Shown piece by piece: positions 7,245-18,124 of a DNA stretch of 64,000 nucleotides; position 1 is the stretch's first letter; every line of letters begins with the position of its first letter. Below the pieces are notes generated by a model. That model saw only the letters and a list, made by a program, of their open reading frames with translations, ran no database searches and had not been told where the DNA came from. A program made the position numbers and the translations under genes. The stretch lies in NCBI GenBank assembly GCA_043800555.1, contig JAZDMX010000003.1:240033-304032 (forward strand). Direction: 5' to 3'. Origin of the DNA: Candidatus Omnitrophota bacterium. GTDB taxonomy: Bacteria > Omnitrophota > Gorgyraeia > Gygaellales > Profunditerraquicolaceae.

Positions 7245-9128
7245 ATGGCAAAGGTTATTGGTATTGATTTGGGAACATCAAATTCGGCGGCAGCGGTTAT
7301 GGAAGGCGGCCGTCCTGTTATAATCCCTTCAGCCGAAGGAGCGGGAGTTGCTTCGGGAAAGGCGTTTCCTTCCTATGTTGCTTTTACTAAGGACAAGCAG
7401 CGCTTGGTTGGCGAACCGGCAAGGCGCCAGGCGGCAATAAATGCCGAAGGGACTATTCAGGCCGCTAAACGTAAGATGGGGACAGATTTTAAGTTTAAGG
7501 TTTTTGGCCAGGAATACTCTCCGCAGCAGATTTCAGCGTTTATTTTGCAGAAAATCAAACAAGACGCGGAGGCCTATTTAGGCGACAAAGTTGAAGAAGT
7601 AGTTATTACCTGCCCCGCATATTTTGACGATAACCAGCGCCAGGCTACAAAGGATGCCGGAGAAATAGCGGGTTTGAAGGTCTTACGCATAATTAACGAA
7701 CCTACGGCAGCCTGCCTTGCTTACGGCCTCGAAAAAGCGGGTAAGGAGCAGCGGATTATGGTTTTTGATTTAGGCGGCGGGACATTAGACGTTACTATTA
7801 TGGAAATGGCCCAAGGGGTTTTTGAAGTAAAATCTACCTCCGGAGATACGCAATTGGGCGGGACGGATATGGATAAGACCTTGCTTGAATATATAGCCGG
7901 GCAATTTAAACGCGAAACCGGAATTGACCTTATGAATGACAAAATGGCGGTTCAGAGGGTGCGCGAAGCGGCTGAAAAAGCCAAGATCGAGCTATCTTCA
8001 ACGGTAAGCACGGATATAAACCTTCCTTTTATTACTGCGGATGCTGCCGGCCCCAAGCATTTGACTATGTCCATTACCCGCGCTAAGCTCGAAGATCTTA
8101 TTTTGCCTATAATCGAACGATGCAAGCACCCGATAGAACAGGCAATAGCTGATGCGAAACTTACAGCTAAAGACATAGACAGGATCATTATGGTTGGCGG
8201 GCCGACCCGTATGCCTATAGTGCAGAAATTTGTGGAAGATTATGTCGGGAAAAAAATCGAACGCGGAGTTGATTCGATGGAGTGCGTGGCTTTGGGCGCG
8301 GCAATCCAGGCGGCGATCATTAAAGGAGACATGAAGGATGTTTTGCTTTTGGATGTAACTCCTTTATCGCTGGGGATTGAAACATTAGGAGGGGTAAGCA
8401 CCAAGCTTATCGAAAGAAATACCACTATCCCCACCCGGAAAAGCCAGGTTTTTTCTACGGCAGCCGATAGCCAGACCGCGGTAACTATCCGCGTGTTGCA
8501 GGGTGAGCGCCCAATGGCTGACGGAAACGTGGAATTGGGCAGGTTTGATCTGGTAGGAATTCCGGCTGCCCCCCGCGGGATCCCGCAAATCGAAGTAGCC
8601 TTTGATATCGATGCTAACGGGATAGTGCATGTCTCTGCAAAAGACCTGGGCACCGGTAAGGAGCAGTCCATCAAGATAAGCGCGCCGAAGAAGTTATCTA
8701 AGGAAGAAATCGATAAGATGGTCAAGGACGCAGAGAAGTTTGCCGCTGAAGACCTCAAAAAGAAAGAAGAGGTGGAGATTATTAACCAGGCGGATAACCT
8801 GGTTTATACCACCGAAAAATCGCTTAAGGATTACGGCGATAAAGTAAGCCAGGCGGAGCGGGCCGATATTGAGGCCAAGGCCAATGATTTGAAGGCCGCT
8901 ATTAAAGACAAAAATATGGAAAGAATCAAGAAGTTAATGGAAGAGCTAAGCCGCGCTTCCCATAAGCTTGCGGAAGAGGTTTATAAGCAGGCTGCGGCGA
9001 AACAGCAGAATACCCAGGCCAAAGCAGAGAATCCGCAAGACGGCCCGGCAACGGGCGAGGCCCCGGGGCAGGAAAAAAAAGAAGATATCATTGACGCGGA
9101 CTTTAAGGAAGAAAACGGAGGAAAATAG
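7245..9128 (+). CDS. dnaK: molecular chaperone DnaK (Hsp70)
   Basis: 627 aa; [17 protein letters not shown] and the ATPase/substrate-binding domains; strong RBS AAAGGAGG. Confidence 0.97.
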   Translation: MAKVIGIDLGTSNSAAAVMEGGRPVIIPSAEGAGVASGKAFPSYVAFTKDKQRLVGEPARRQAAINAEGTIQAAKRKMGTDFKFKVFGQEYSPQQISAFILQKIKQDAEAYLGDKVEEVVITCPAYFDDNQRQATKDAGEIAGLKVLRIINEPTAACLAYGLEKAGKEQRIMVFDLGGGTLDVTIMEMAQGVFEVKSTSGDTQLGGTDMDKTLLEYIAGQFKRETGIDLMNDKMAVQRVREAAEKAKIELSSTVSTDINLPFITADAAGPKHLTMSITRAKLEDLILPIIERCKHPIEQAIADAKLTAKDIDRIIMVGGPTRMPIVQKFVEDYVGKKIERGVDSMECVALGAAIQAAIIKGDMKDVLLLDVTPLSLGIETLGGVSTKLIERNTTIPTRKSQVFSTAADSQTAVTIRVLQGERPMADGNVELGRFDLVGIPAAPRGIPQIEVAFDIDANGIVHVSAKDLGTGKEQSIKISAPKKLSKEEIDKMVKDAEKFAAEDLKKKEEVEIINQADNLVYTTEKSLKDYGDKVSQAERADIEAKANDLKAAIKDKNMERIKKLMEELSRASHKLAEEVYKQAAAKQQNTQAKAENPQDGPATGEAPGQEKKEDIIDADFKEENGGK

Positions 9129-9193
9129 CCGGTAGCGCCTAGAAAGGGGTTCTTTTCCTATTAGCCGTTAACCGCAGCTTATTCTATCGTATA

Positions 9194-10321
9194 GTGAGCG
9201 TTAAAAGGGATTATTATGAAGTATTGGGCGTGCATAAGAATGCAAGCCTTGATGAAATCAAAAAGGTATACCGGGAGCTTGCGTTAAAATTCCATCCTGA
9301 CCGCGTTCCCCACGAGCAAAAAAAAGAAGCGGAGGAAAAGTTCAAAGATATTTCCGAAGCTTACGCCGTTCTTTCTGACGCCAATAAGCGCGCCCTCTAC
9401 GACCAGTATGGGCATTCCGGGATAGACCAGAAATACGCCCAGGAGGACATATTCAAGGGGGCTGATTTCAGTAGCGTCTTCCAGGATTTAGGGGATTATG
9501 GGCTTGGCGGAAGTGTTTTTGATGAGATATTCAGCGACCTGGGCTATGATTTCTTTGGAGGCAGGGGTTCTTCCCGCCAGGGTTCCGGGTCCGCCCGGCG
9601 CAGGGGAAGAGACCTGCAAATATCTGTCAGTATAAGTTTAAGGGAGGCGGCTTGCGGAATCGAGAAAACAATCACTGTCCCGCGCTATGAAAATTGCCCT
9701 GTTTGTTCCGGGACGGGCGCAAAACCGGGAACAAGGAAAATTACTTGCCCTCAATGCAGGGGGTCGGGCAGGACCGTAGTTTCAAAAGGGTATTTTCAAT
9801 TGGCCCAGACTTGTTCCCGCTGCGCAGGAGAAGGCTCAATAGTGCAGTCTCCATGCTCTGACTGCCAGGGGCAGGGCAGGCTAAAAGTCACGCGTAAGAT
9901 TAAAGTTAAGATACCCGCGGGAGTCGATACCGGTTCTAATTTGAGGGTCCGCGGAGAAGGAGAGGCCGGGGCGGTTTCAAAAGGAGATTTGTATGTTATT
10001 ATTGAAGTCCTGCCGGATGCGCTTTTCCAGAGGCACGATAATGATATTATGACCGAGGTGACCGTAAGCTTGATTAAAGCCATGCTGGGCGGGGATATTA
10101 TCGTCCCCACATTAAGCGGAAATGTAGATATGAAAATACCCGCGGGCACTCAAGGCGAAACTATTTTCCGGCTCCGGGGAAAAGGAATGCCGGATTTACG
10201 CGGAAGGGCCGCGGGGGATGAACTGGTCCGGGTAAAGGTAGAGATCCCCAAACGCTTGACTTCAGAGCAACGCAGGCTGATGGAAGAATTCGCCCGGATT
10301 TCCGGAGATAAATTGAGGTAA
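9194..10321 (+). CDS. dnaJ: molecular chaperone DnaJ
   Basis: 375 aa; J-domain HPD motif (KFHPDR); four CxxCxGxG zinc-finger repeats. Confidence 0.95.
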   Translation: MSVKRDYYEVLGVHKNASLDEIKKVYRELALKFHPDRVPHEQKKEAEEKFKDISEAYAVLSDANKRALYDQYGHSGIDQKYAQEDIFKGADFSSVFQDLGDYGLGGSVFDEIFSDLGYDFFGGRGSSRQGSGSARRRGRDLQISVSISLREAACGIEKTITVPRYENCPVCSGTGAKPGTRKITCPQCRGSGRTVVSKGYFQLAQTCSRCAGEGSIVQSPCSDCQGQGRLKVTRKIKVKIPAGVDTGSNLRVRGEGEAGAVSKGDLYVIIEVLPDALFQRHDNDIMTEVTVSLIKAMLGGDIIVPTLSGNVDMKIPAGTQGETIFRLRGKGMPDLRGRAAGDELVRVKVEIPKRLTSEQRRLMEEFARISGDKLR

Positions 10322-10345
10322 AAATCGAAGTTAAAGGAGAAAATA

Positions 10346-10609
10346 ATGCCGACTTATGAATATGAATGTAAAAACTGTAACAAGGTTTTTGATATATTCC
10401 AGAAAATGACTGATAAGCCCCTTGATAAATGCCCCAAGTGCCATAAGAAAATAAGCCGGCTTATCGGAGGAGGCTCGGGCGTAATTTTTAAAGGCCCCGG
10501 GTTTTACGCCACTGATTACCGTAAGCCAGAAGGCAAAAGCCCTAAATCCAAAGTTCCTTCCTGCGACACTCCTAAAGGAAATTGCGGCAGTTGCCCACAC
10601 GCCCATTAA
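10346..10609 (+). CDS. FmdB family zinc-ribbon protein
   Basis: 87 aa; MPTYEYECKNCNKVF...CPKC signature of the FmdB family. Confidence 0.7.
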   Translation: MPTYEYECKNCNKVFDIFQKMTDKPLDKCPKCHKKISRLIGGGSGVIFKGPGFYATDYRKPEGKSPKSKVPSCDTPKGNCGSCPHAH

Positions 10610-10614
10610 CATAT

Positions 10615-11892
10615 ATGATAAAAATCAAGCCGTTGAAGGCGGTCTATTACAATAAGGACAAAGTCAAGGATCTATCCGAGCTGACTTGTCCTCCTTATGA
10701 CGTAATTTCCCCGCTTGAGCAGGATTATTACTATAATCTTAATCCCCATAATTTTATTCATATCTTATTCGGCAAGGACATACCCGGGGAGGACAAATAC
10801 AAGAGGGCGGGGGTTTTATTTAACAGCTGGCTAAAGGAGAAGGTCCTTATCCAGGATGAAAAGCCGGCCATATATTTTTACAGCCAGCAGTATAATCTCA
10901 AAGGGGAGAAAAAGACCCGTTTGGGCTTTATCGCGCTTTTAGGCTTAGAAGAAAAGAATTCAGGCGTGTTCGGGCATGAACATACGCGGATAGAGGCAAA
11001 GGAAGACAGGCTTAATGTCCTTCGGAGCGTTCAGGCTAATTTGAGCCCGATCTTTATTGTTTCAAGGGACAATAAACGCGTAATCCAGCGGGTTTATTCC
11101 CGGCATATCAAGAATACGCCCGTGTTTATGGAGGCCAAAGACAAAGAGGATACCTTGCATAAAATCTGGAAGATCGATTCAAGCGAAATTTTGTCATTGA
11201 TCCAACAGGGGATGCAGGAGGAAGACGCCTTTATCGCCGACGGCCATCACCGTTACGAAGTTTCCTGCGCTTACAGGGATGAGGCCAAAATGAAGAAGGG
11301 GAGCCTCTCGAAGGACTCGAGCCTTAATTACACCTTAGCTTATTTTACGAATACCGATTGCCGCGGGCTATCGATATTGCCTATCCATCGTTTGTTGAAA
11401 CTGGAAGAACCTTTAGATATGGGAGGTTTCCTTGCGGAGTTAAAGGAATATTTCGATGTTGAGGAAATTAAGGAGAAGTCCCGGCTTTTCTTCCTTATGG
11501 AAAAAGGGGGCCGTTCAGAGCATCTCTTCGGCATGTATAAGGACAAGAAATACTGGCTTTTACGCCTGAAAAATATTAAAATCCTGGATAAGGCGCTTGG
11601 CGATAAGCCCAAGGAGTACCGTTCGCTGGATGTCGCTATTCTTAATCATATAATCCTTAAAGACATATTGGGTTATGATTCGGCGGGTAAGAACAACCTT
11701 AAATATAGCGCTTATAGCGATGATTTTATCGAGGCGCAAGACCAGGAGCCTTTAAGCATTTCTTTTTTCTTAAACCCCGTGAAAATGGAGCAAATTATTG
11801 CCGTGGCCCTGGATGGCAACAAGATGCCGGCGAAGTCGACTTATTTCTATCCGAAGGTATTATCGGGCTTGGTAATTAATAAGCATGACTGA
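10615..11892 (+). CDS. DUF1015 domain protein
   Basis: About 425 aa counted from ATG 10615 (MIKIKPLKA); the six-frame ORF extends upstream to 10582. Confidence 0.65.
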   Translation: MIKIKPLKAVYYNKDKVKDLSELTCPPYDVISPLEQDYYYNLNPHNFIHILFGKDIPGEDKYKRAGVLFNSWLKEKVLIQDEKPAIYFYSQQYNLKGEKKTRLGFIALLGLEEKNSGVFGHEHTRIEAKEDRLNVLRSVQANLSPIFIVSRDNKRVIQRVYSRHIKNTPVFMEAKDKEDTLHKIWKIDSSEILSLIQQGMQEEDAFIADGHHRYEVSCAYRDEAKMKKGSLSKDSSLNYTLAYFTNTDCRGLSILPIHRLLKLEEPLDMGGFLAELKEYFDVEEIKEKSRLFFLMEKGGRSEHLFGMYKDKKYWLLRLKNIKILDKALGDKPKEYRSLDVAILNHIILKDILGYDSAGKNNLKYSAYSDDFIEAQDQEPLSISFFLNPVKMEQIIAVALDGNKMPAKSTYFYPKVLSGLVINKHD

Positions 11893-12008
11893 TGGAAGGG
11901 GCTTAGCGCGGGTAGTTTAAAGCCAGGGCATAGAGAATAGGCGGTTATAAGCTTTACATCGATAAGGCCGGCCGGCAATTATGCGTTGTTAACTGTTGAG
12001 GTAAATTT

Positions 12009-12848
12009 ATGTCGCTTTTCGGTAAACCAAAATATACGATTGTCAGGGTTAAAAAGAAACAGATGCCTGAAGGGCTTTGGACCAAATGCGAAGAGTGCTC
12101 GGAAACCCTTTACAATAAGGCTATCGAAGAGAACCAGAGGGTGTGCCCTAAATGCGGGTATCATTTTTCCTTAAGCGCTTATGAACGGATCAGCGCGCTC
12201 TTAGATAAGGATACCTTTCAGGAGTATGATAAAGACATGCTTTCCGCCGATCCCCTGGATTTTAAAGGGCCAAAGACCTATAAAGAAAAACTGGCGCAGG
12301 ATCAGCTTGCTACCGGATTAAAAGACGCGGTCATTTCAGGGGAAGGCTTAATTGATGGAAAGAGAGTCATTGCCATTGTTACGGATTCGCGTTTCATTAT
12401 GGGATCGATGGGTTCGGTAGTTGGCGAAAAGATTACCCGGGCTATTGAAAGCGCAACCAAAGATAAGCTTCCGGTTATCATCGTCTCCGGTTCAGGCGGA
12501 GGGGCCAGGATGTATGAAGGGATGCTTAGCCTTATGCAGATGGCCAAGACTTGCGCGGCCTTGAAGTATCACCGTAAGTTAAAATTGCCGTATATATCCG
12601 TGCTTACCAATCCTACTATGGGAGGGGTCATGGCTTCTTTTGCCGGGGTTGGGGATATTATTATAGCCGAGCCCCACGCGTTAATCGGTTTTGCCGGGCC
12701 CAGGGTAATTGAGCAGACGATAAGGCAAAAGCTTCCGGCCGGTTTCCAGCGTTCCGAATTCCTGCTTGAGCACGGGCTTATTGATATGATTGTGCCAAGA
12801 AAGAACCTGAAACCTACTTTAAGCCATTTACTTGATTATTTAAGTTAA
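12009..12848 (+). CDS. accD: acetyl-CoA carboxylase carboxyltransferase subunit beta
   Basis: 279 aa; N-terminal zinc ribbon CEECSETLY...CPKCGYHF and a carboxyltransferase domain. Confidence 0.9.
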   Translation: MSLFGKPKYTIVRVKKKQMPEGLWTKCEECSETLYNKAIEENQRVCPKCGYHFSLSAYERISALLDKDTFQEYDKDMLSADPLDFKGPKTYKEKLAQDQLATGLKDAVISGEGLIDGKRVIAIVTDSRFIMGSMGSVVGEKITRAIESATKDKLPVIIVSGSGGGARMYEGMLSLMQMAKTCAALKYHRKLKLPYISVLTNPTMGGVMASFAGVGDIIIAEPHALIGFAGPRVIEQTIRQKLPAGFQRSEFLLEHGLIDMIVPRKNLKPTLSHLLDYLS

Positions 12849-12971
12849 ATTTAATATAATTATACCAAAGAGGATAACGCTTCCCGGGCAATGCCTGGCG
12901 GTTATAGGTTGAAGCCTCGGCTATCGCTTGGCGGGCATCAGCCCAAAGAATAATTTAAGAATAGGAGATAT

Positions 12972-14075
12972 ATGGCACAAGTAAGCTTAAGGAATGTTTG
13001 CAAAGTTTTTGGGGGAAACGTTAAAGCTGTGGATAACGTTAATATGGGCATCGAGAACAAGGAGTTTATGGTCTTGGTCGGGCCTTCCGGATGCGGGAAA
13101 TCAACGACCTTAAGGATGGTTGCCGGTCTTGAAGAAATAAGCTCGGGGGATATTTATATCGGGAACAAAAAGGTCAATGATGTCCCGGCAAAAGACAGGG
13201 ACATCGCTATGGTTTTCCAGAATTACGCGCTTTATCCGCATATGACTGTTTTTGAGAATATGTCTTTTGGTTTACGGTTAAGGAAAATCCCCCGGCCGGA
13301 AATTATGCAGCGCGTAAATGAAGCCGCGGATATTTTAGGCATAAAAAGGTTATTGCACCGCAGGCCTAAGGAGCTTTCCGGCGGAGAACGGCAGCGCGTA
13401 GCGGTAGGCAGGGCCATTGTCAGAAAACCTTTGGTATTTTTATTCGATGAGCCTTTAAGTAACCTTGACGCTAAGATGCGCGTTCAGATGCGCACCGAGA
13501 TCCATAAGCTGCATATCAGGCTTCAAACGACCATAATTTACGTCACACATGACCAGATAGAAGCTATGACCATGGGGGACCGCATAGCGGTAATGAAGGA
13601 TGGGGTTTTGAACCAGGTTGCCGACCCGATCACTGTTTACGACCATCCTAAGAATAAATTCGTTGCCGGTTTTATTGGTTCTCCGCCAATGAATTTTATG
13701 AACGGCAGGATCATCAAGAAAGACGGCCGGTTGTATTTCAATGAAGGCAAGGTCAGGGTAAAGCTTGTCGATGATATGCGCCAGAAGATGAATTCTTATG
13801 TTGACCGGGAGGTGATATTCGGCATCCGCTCGGAAGATATCTACGATAAGCTTTTTGTTTCGGAAGCCCCTCCGGAGAATATCGTAAGGGTCAATTGCGA
13901 AGTCTACGAACCGATGGGCTCGGAAGTCTATCTTTATTTGAATACCGGAAAGCATACTTTTATTGCCCGGGTTGGCGCGCATGACCGGCCAAAGATCAAC
14001 CAGGAAATGGATCTTGTTTTTGATATGAGCAAGGTCCATTTCTTTGATAAAGATAGCGAAGAAACGATAGTGTAA
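12972..14075 (+). CDS. ABC transporter ATP-binding protein, MalK/UgpC (sugar-type) family with C-terminal regulatory domain; no adjacent permease
   Basis: 367 aa; Walker A GPSGCGKST, signature LSGGERQRVAVGRA, Walker B LFDEPLSNLD. Confidence 0.85.
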   Translation: MAQVSLRNVCKVFGGNVKAVDNVNMGIENKEFMVLVGPSGCGKSTTLRMVAGLEEISSGDIYIGNKKVNDVPAKDRDIAMVFQNYALYPHMTVFENMSFGLRLRKIPRPEIMQRVNEAADILGIKRLLHRRPKELSGGERQRVAVGRAIVRKPLVFLFDEPLSNLDAKMRVQMRTEIHKLHIRLQTTIIYVTHDQIEAMTMGDRIAVMKDGVLNQVADPITVYDHPKNKFVAGFIGSPPMNFMNGRIIKKDGRLYFNEGKVRVKLVDDMRQKMNSYVDREVIFGIRSEDIYDKLFVSEAPPENIVRVNCEVYEPMGSEVYLYLNTGKHTFIARVGAHDRPKINQEMDLVFDMSKVHFFDKDSEETIV

Positions 14076-14180
14076 GGGGAAAAACCGTCCCGTTGTAAAA
14101 TCCAGCCTTTTCAACAAAGCGCAGGGCGGATTACGCCTTTGAAAACCAAGATAGCCTTAGTTCCTGGGCCGGGGGCTTGT

Positions 14181-15482
14181 ATGCCAAAAAATACTTTAGG
14201 GAAACATCCAGCCTTAAAGATAACCGGTTATGTCATTTTCCTCCTGTTTATTTATTTTCTCCTTCCGTTTTATTCAGTTAGCCGCCTGGGTTTCCTTGGC
14301 TTAGCAATTCTTTTTTTATTCTACCTCATTAATATTGCCGTTGGCGCAGCTATTTTCAAGAGGTATTCGGCAAGGATTTACTCTCTTGATTCCCTTATCC
14401 AGGGCTTGCGGGAGAAACTGAATCTTTTGAGCATTGAATATTGCAAGATCCAGGAGATTAATATCGCCTTGAATGAAAAACATAACCGTTATAACAGCCT
14501 TAGGGGGTTCCTGGAGAAAATAAACCAAAGCTTGGATTTAGGCAAAGTGGCCGATATCATAGCCAGCGGGGTCTTTTCCTTGATTGGCAATAGAAAATGC
14601 GTATGCCTTTTATACCTCGTAGATCCTCAAACGCAAAAACTTTCCCTTTTTAAGGCCAAAAAAGAGGAACCGGGCCTTATTATAAAATCAAAAGAGGGCA
14701 GTATCCTTGATCTTTGGGTCTTAAAGCATGCCAGCCCTCTTTTGATCGAGGACATTAAGAATGATTTCCGGTTTGACCTGGAAAAACTCAAGCTTCAGGA
14801 TCCACGGGATTTTTCTTCGCTAATATCTGCCCCCTTCATAGTCGAGAATAAATTCCTGGGGATAATAAGGCTGGATAATAAACAAGCGGGTTTCTTTACC
14901 CAGGACGACTTAAGGTTTTTGGTTTCCATTTCTGATTTGGGCAAGCTTGCCCTGGAAAGCAGTGAACTCTTTCGGAAGACCCAGGACCTGGCCATACATG
15001 ACTCATTGACCTTGCTTTACACAAAAGGGTATTTCTCCGAACGCCTGAAAGAAGAATTTAAAAGGTGCCTCCGGCAGGCTATGCCATTTTCGGTGCTTAT
15101 GCTGGATATCGACTTTTTCAAAAACTATAATGACAAATTCGGGCATGCCGCAGGGGACATAGTTTTAAAAGAAATCAGCCGGATTATCCGGGAGTCTTTG
15201 AGCAAGTTTAACGCTATAATTAGCCGTTTTGGAGGGGAGGAGTTTTGCGTTGGTTTAAGCGGTATGGATAAACATGGCGCATGCGACGTTGCCGAAGCAT
15301 TGCGGGAACGGATAGGAGAAGAAAAGATAATCTTAAGGCGCACGGTGAGCCATGTTAGCGTCTCTATTGGGGTGGCGAATTTTCCTGCCGATGTTACGGA
15401 AGAAGACGAATTAATCCGCGCTTCGGATAAGGCTTTATATAAGGCAAAAGAAAAGGGGAGAAACCGCGTATGCCATATATAG
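14181..15482 (+). CDS. membrane-anchored GGDEF diguanylate cyclase with GAF-like domain
   Basis: GGEEF active site (RFGGEEFCVGL); two N-terminal TM helices; an alternative TTG start lies at 14139. Confidence 0.8.
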   Translation: MPKNTLGKHPALKITGYVIFLLFIYFLLPFYSVSRLGFLGLAILFLFYLINIAVGAAIFKRYSARIYSLDSLIQGLREKLNLLSIEYCKIQEINIALNEKHNRYNSLRGFLEKINQSLDLGKVADIIASGVFSLIGNRKCVCLLYLVDPQTQKLSLFKAKKEEPGLIIKSKEGSILDLWVLKHASPLLIEDIKNDFRFDLEKLKLQDPRDFSSLISAPFIVENKFLGIIRLDNKQAGFFTQDDLRFLVSISDLGKLALESSELFRKTQDLAIHDSLTLLYTKGYFSERLKEEFKRCLRQAMPFSVLMLDIDFFKNYNDKFGHAAGDIVLKEISRIIRESLSKFNAIISRFGGEEFCVGLSGMDKHGACDVAEALRERIGEEKIILRRTVSHVSVSIGVANFPADVTEEDELIRASDKALYKAKEKGRNRVCHI

Positions 15483-16459
15483 CGATTTTAGCGCTTTCTA
15501 CAATATTCAGCGCATTTTTCATAGCGAGGATATTTAGAATAAGGAAACAAAAGAAATCCGGCAGGCTTAGAGACCTTGAATTTGAATGCGTCGGGTTGAA
15601 TAAAGAAAAGTTGAGGATGATGGAAGAAAACAGTCGCCTGAAGGATGCGACTGATGAAACAATCGCGCTTTATAACTTGACGAAAAATATTTGCGGCCCT
15701 TTGGATCAGGAGAAAGTATTTGCTGTTTTCAAAGAATCCGTAAGCGATTACCTCGGCGCGCAGGATTGCCGCTTGTTGGCAAAAGAAACGGATTTATCTA
15801 TTTACGGCGCTTTTACTATCCTGCCCTTAATTATACAAAAGGATATTGCCGGGTATCTGGCCATCCGGGGCATATCCGGCAATGATGCGGAGAAATTCCA
15901 GATTCTTGCCCAACAGTTTCTGGTCGGCTTTAAAAGAGCGCTTTTATATAAAAAAATGCAGGAGTTATCCATTACCGACAGCTTGACGCGTTTGTTTAGC
16001 CGGAGGCATTTTTTAGAGAGGTTTGCAGAAGAATTGCGGCGTTCCGGGAAATTTAAATATAATTTTTCTTGCCTTATGATTGACATCGATAAATTCAAGG
16101 ATTTTAACGATAAATACGGCCATTTGGTTGGCGATGCCATACTAAGGGAAGTGGCCGGAGCCATCAAAGAAGCTATCCGCCAAATTGATTTTGTGGGCAG
16201 GTACGGAGGAGAGGAGTTTTCCGTGATCTTGGTTGAGACGGGTAAGCAGGAGGCTCGTTTTGCGGCAGAACGTTTGCGGGTAGCGGTAGAGTCAAAGAAC
16301 ATCAAGGTTTATGACGAAGAATTGAAGGTTACCGTAAGTATAGGCATAGCTACTTTTCCTGATGACGGGATAACCCTGGAAGCAGCCATAGAAGGAGCGG
16401 ACAAGGCCTTGTATCAGGCAAAAGCAGCCGGCAGGAACAGAGTAAAATATTTATCGTAA
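15470..16459 (+). CDS. GGDEF diguanylate cyclase (N-terminal TM plus coiled coil)
   Basis: 329 aa; RYGGEEFSVIL; 13-nt overlap with the upstream GGDEF gene. Confidence 0.8.
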   Translation: MPYIAILALSTIFSAFFIARIFRIRKQKKSGRLRDLEFECVGLNKEKLRMMEENSRLKDATDETIALYNLTKNICGPLDQEKVFAVFKESVSDYLGAQDCRLLAKETDLSIYGAFTILPLIIQKDIAGYLAIRGISGNDAEKFQILAQQFLVGFKRALLYKKMQELSITDSLTRLFSRRHFLERFAEELRRSGKFKYNFSCLMIDIDKFKDFNDKYGHLVGDAILREVAGAIKEAIRQIDFVGRYGGEEFSVILVETGKQEARFAAERLRVAVESKNIKVYDEELKVTVSIGIATFPDDGITLEAAIEGADKALYQAKAAGRNRVKYLS

Positions 16460-16503
16460 ATGGCTTGTAAAATCCGGGATTTTAATATAAAATACTGGTT
16501 TAT

Positions 16504-17424
16504 ATGAATAAGAAATTTATTATCGGAATCGACTTAGGGGGGACTAACCTGAAAGTCGCCCTTTTGGACTTAAATTACCATATAAAAGATAGGGAAATGT
16601 TAAGTACCCGCACTTTTATGGAGAAAGGCCAGCTTATCTCCGGTATTGTCCATTCCGTAAACAGATTTATAAAGTATAACAATTTAAGCAAGGCGGAGGT
16701 TTTAGGGGTAGGTTTGGGCCTGCCCGGCCCAACCGATGCCGACAACGGCGTGGTTCATTTTTTCCCCAATATTCCGGGATGGAAAGAAGTAAAACTAAGG
16801 GGTATTTTAATAAAAAAACTCGCCCTGCCCGTTATTTTGGATAATGACGCCAAGCTTATGACTATCGCGGAGCATAGGCTTGGCGCAGCGCGCGGTTTTA
16901 ATAATGTTTTGTGTATGACCCTGGGTACCGGTATCGGCGGCGGGCTGATCATTAATGGAAAACTTTATAGGGGTTTTAATAATGTTGCCGGTGAAGTAGG
17001 GCATGTGCCGATCAATGAAAAAGGCGTTTCCTGTAATTGCGGGGCTTCAGGCTGCCTGGAGGCTTACGTGGGAAACCGCAGGATCGCTTTTGAAGCCAGG
17101 AAGTCTTTTAAACGCAATATAACGCTTGAAGAATTAAGCGGTTTGGCTGCCAAGCATAATAAAATTGCGGTGGACGTTTGGCGTAAAATAGGCGGCCATT
17201 TAGGTTTTGCTTTGGCAGGGGTAGTTAATTTGTTGAATTTGGACGCGATAGTGATTGGCGGAGGAGTGGCTGAAGCAGGAAAGGTTTTGTTCGATAATAT
17301 AAACAGCGCGCTCCAAGCTCAAGCCATGAGCGTGCAGGCCAGGCGGGTAAAGGTGTTGAAGGCGAAATTGGGAAGCGAAGCGGGTATAATCGGCGCCGCG
17401 ATAATGGTTAAAGAGGGTTTATAA
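16504..17424 (+). CDS. ROK family sugar kinase (glucokinase-like)
   Basis: 306 aa; IGIDLGGTNLKVAL N-terminus; CNCGASGCLE zinc motif of ROK kinases. Confidence 0.8.
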   Translation: MNKKFIIGIDLGGTNLKVALLDLNYHIKDREMLSTRTFMEKGQLISGIVHSVNRFIKYNNLSKAEVLGVGLGLPGPTDADNGVVHFFPNIPGWKEVKLRGILIKKLALPVILDNDAKLMTIAEHRLGAARGFNNVLCMTLGTGIGGGLIINGKLYRGFNNVAGEVGHVPINEKGVSCNCGASGCLEAYVGNRRIAFEARKSFKRNITLEELSGLAAKHNKIAVDVWRKIGGHLGFALAGVVNLLNLDAIVIGGGVAEAGKVLFDNINSALQAQAMSVQARRVKVLKAKLGSEAGIIGAAIMVKEGL

Positions 17425-17479
17425 AACACGGGCAGCGTAACCGATAGCTGGCAAAAACGCTTAAGCGCGGAGGGAATAA

Positions 17480-18124
17480 ATGAAAATTTTCATCGATACT
17501 GCCAATATCCAGGAGATAAAAGAAGCGGTAAGCCTGGGAGTCATTGACGGGGTAACGACTAATCCTTCATTGATCGCTAAAGAGAATAGGCCCGCAAATG
17601 AATTATTGCAAGAGATTTGCGCTATAGCCGCCGGACCGGTGAGCGCGGAGGTAATAAGCCTGGAAGCCGAAGGGATGCTTAAAGAAGCCCGCCTCTTAAG
17701 GAAAATCGGCGATAATATTGTGGTCAAGGTGCCGCTGACCAAGGATGGCCTGAAAGCGGTAAAGATTTTGTCAAAAGAAGGAATAAGGACAAATGCGACT
17801 TTATGTTTCTCGGCGAACCAGGCCTTATTGGTGGCTAAAGCCGGGGCAGATTTCGTATCGCCTTTTATCGGCAGGCTGGATGACCTAAGCCAGGAAGGCA
17901 TGGAATTAATCCGCAACATTAAGGCAATTTATAGAAATTACGCTTTTAAGTCCGAGATAATCGTTGCCTCGGTGCGCAATCCCCTCCATGTATTGGATGC
18001 GGCGCTTATAGGCGCGGACATCGCCACTGTCCCTTTCGGAGTGATTGAGCAGCTTCTTAAGCATCCCCTGACGGATATCGGCATCCAGAGATTTCTGGAA
18101 GATTACAGAAAGATACCAAAATAA
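17480..18124 (+). CDS. tal: short-form transaldolase / fructose-6-phosphate aldolase family
   Basis: 214 aa; [16 protein letters not shown]...GVTTNPSLI. Confidence 0.85.
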   Translation: MKIFIDTANIQEIKEAVSLGVIDGVTTNPSLIAKENRPANELLQEICAIAAGPVSAEVISLEAEGMLKEARLLRKIGDNIVVKVPLTKDGLKAVKILSKEGIRTNATLCFSANQALLVAKAGADFVSPFIGRLDDLSQEGMELIRNIKAIYRNYAFKSEIIVASVRNPLHVLDAALIGADIATVPFGVIEQLLKHPLTDIGIQRFLEDYRKIPK

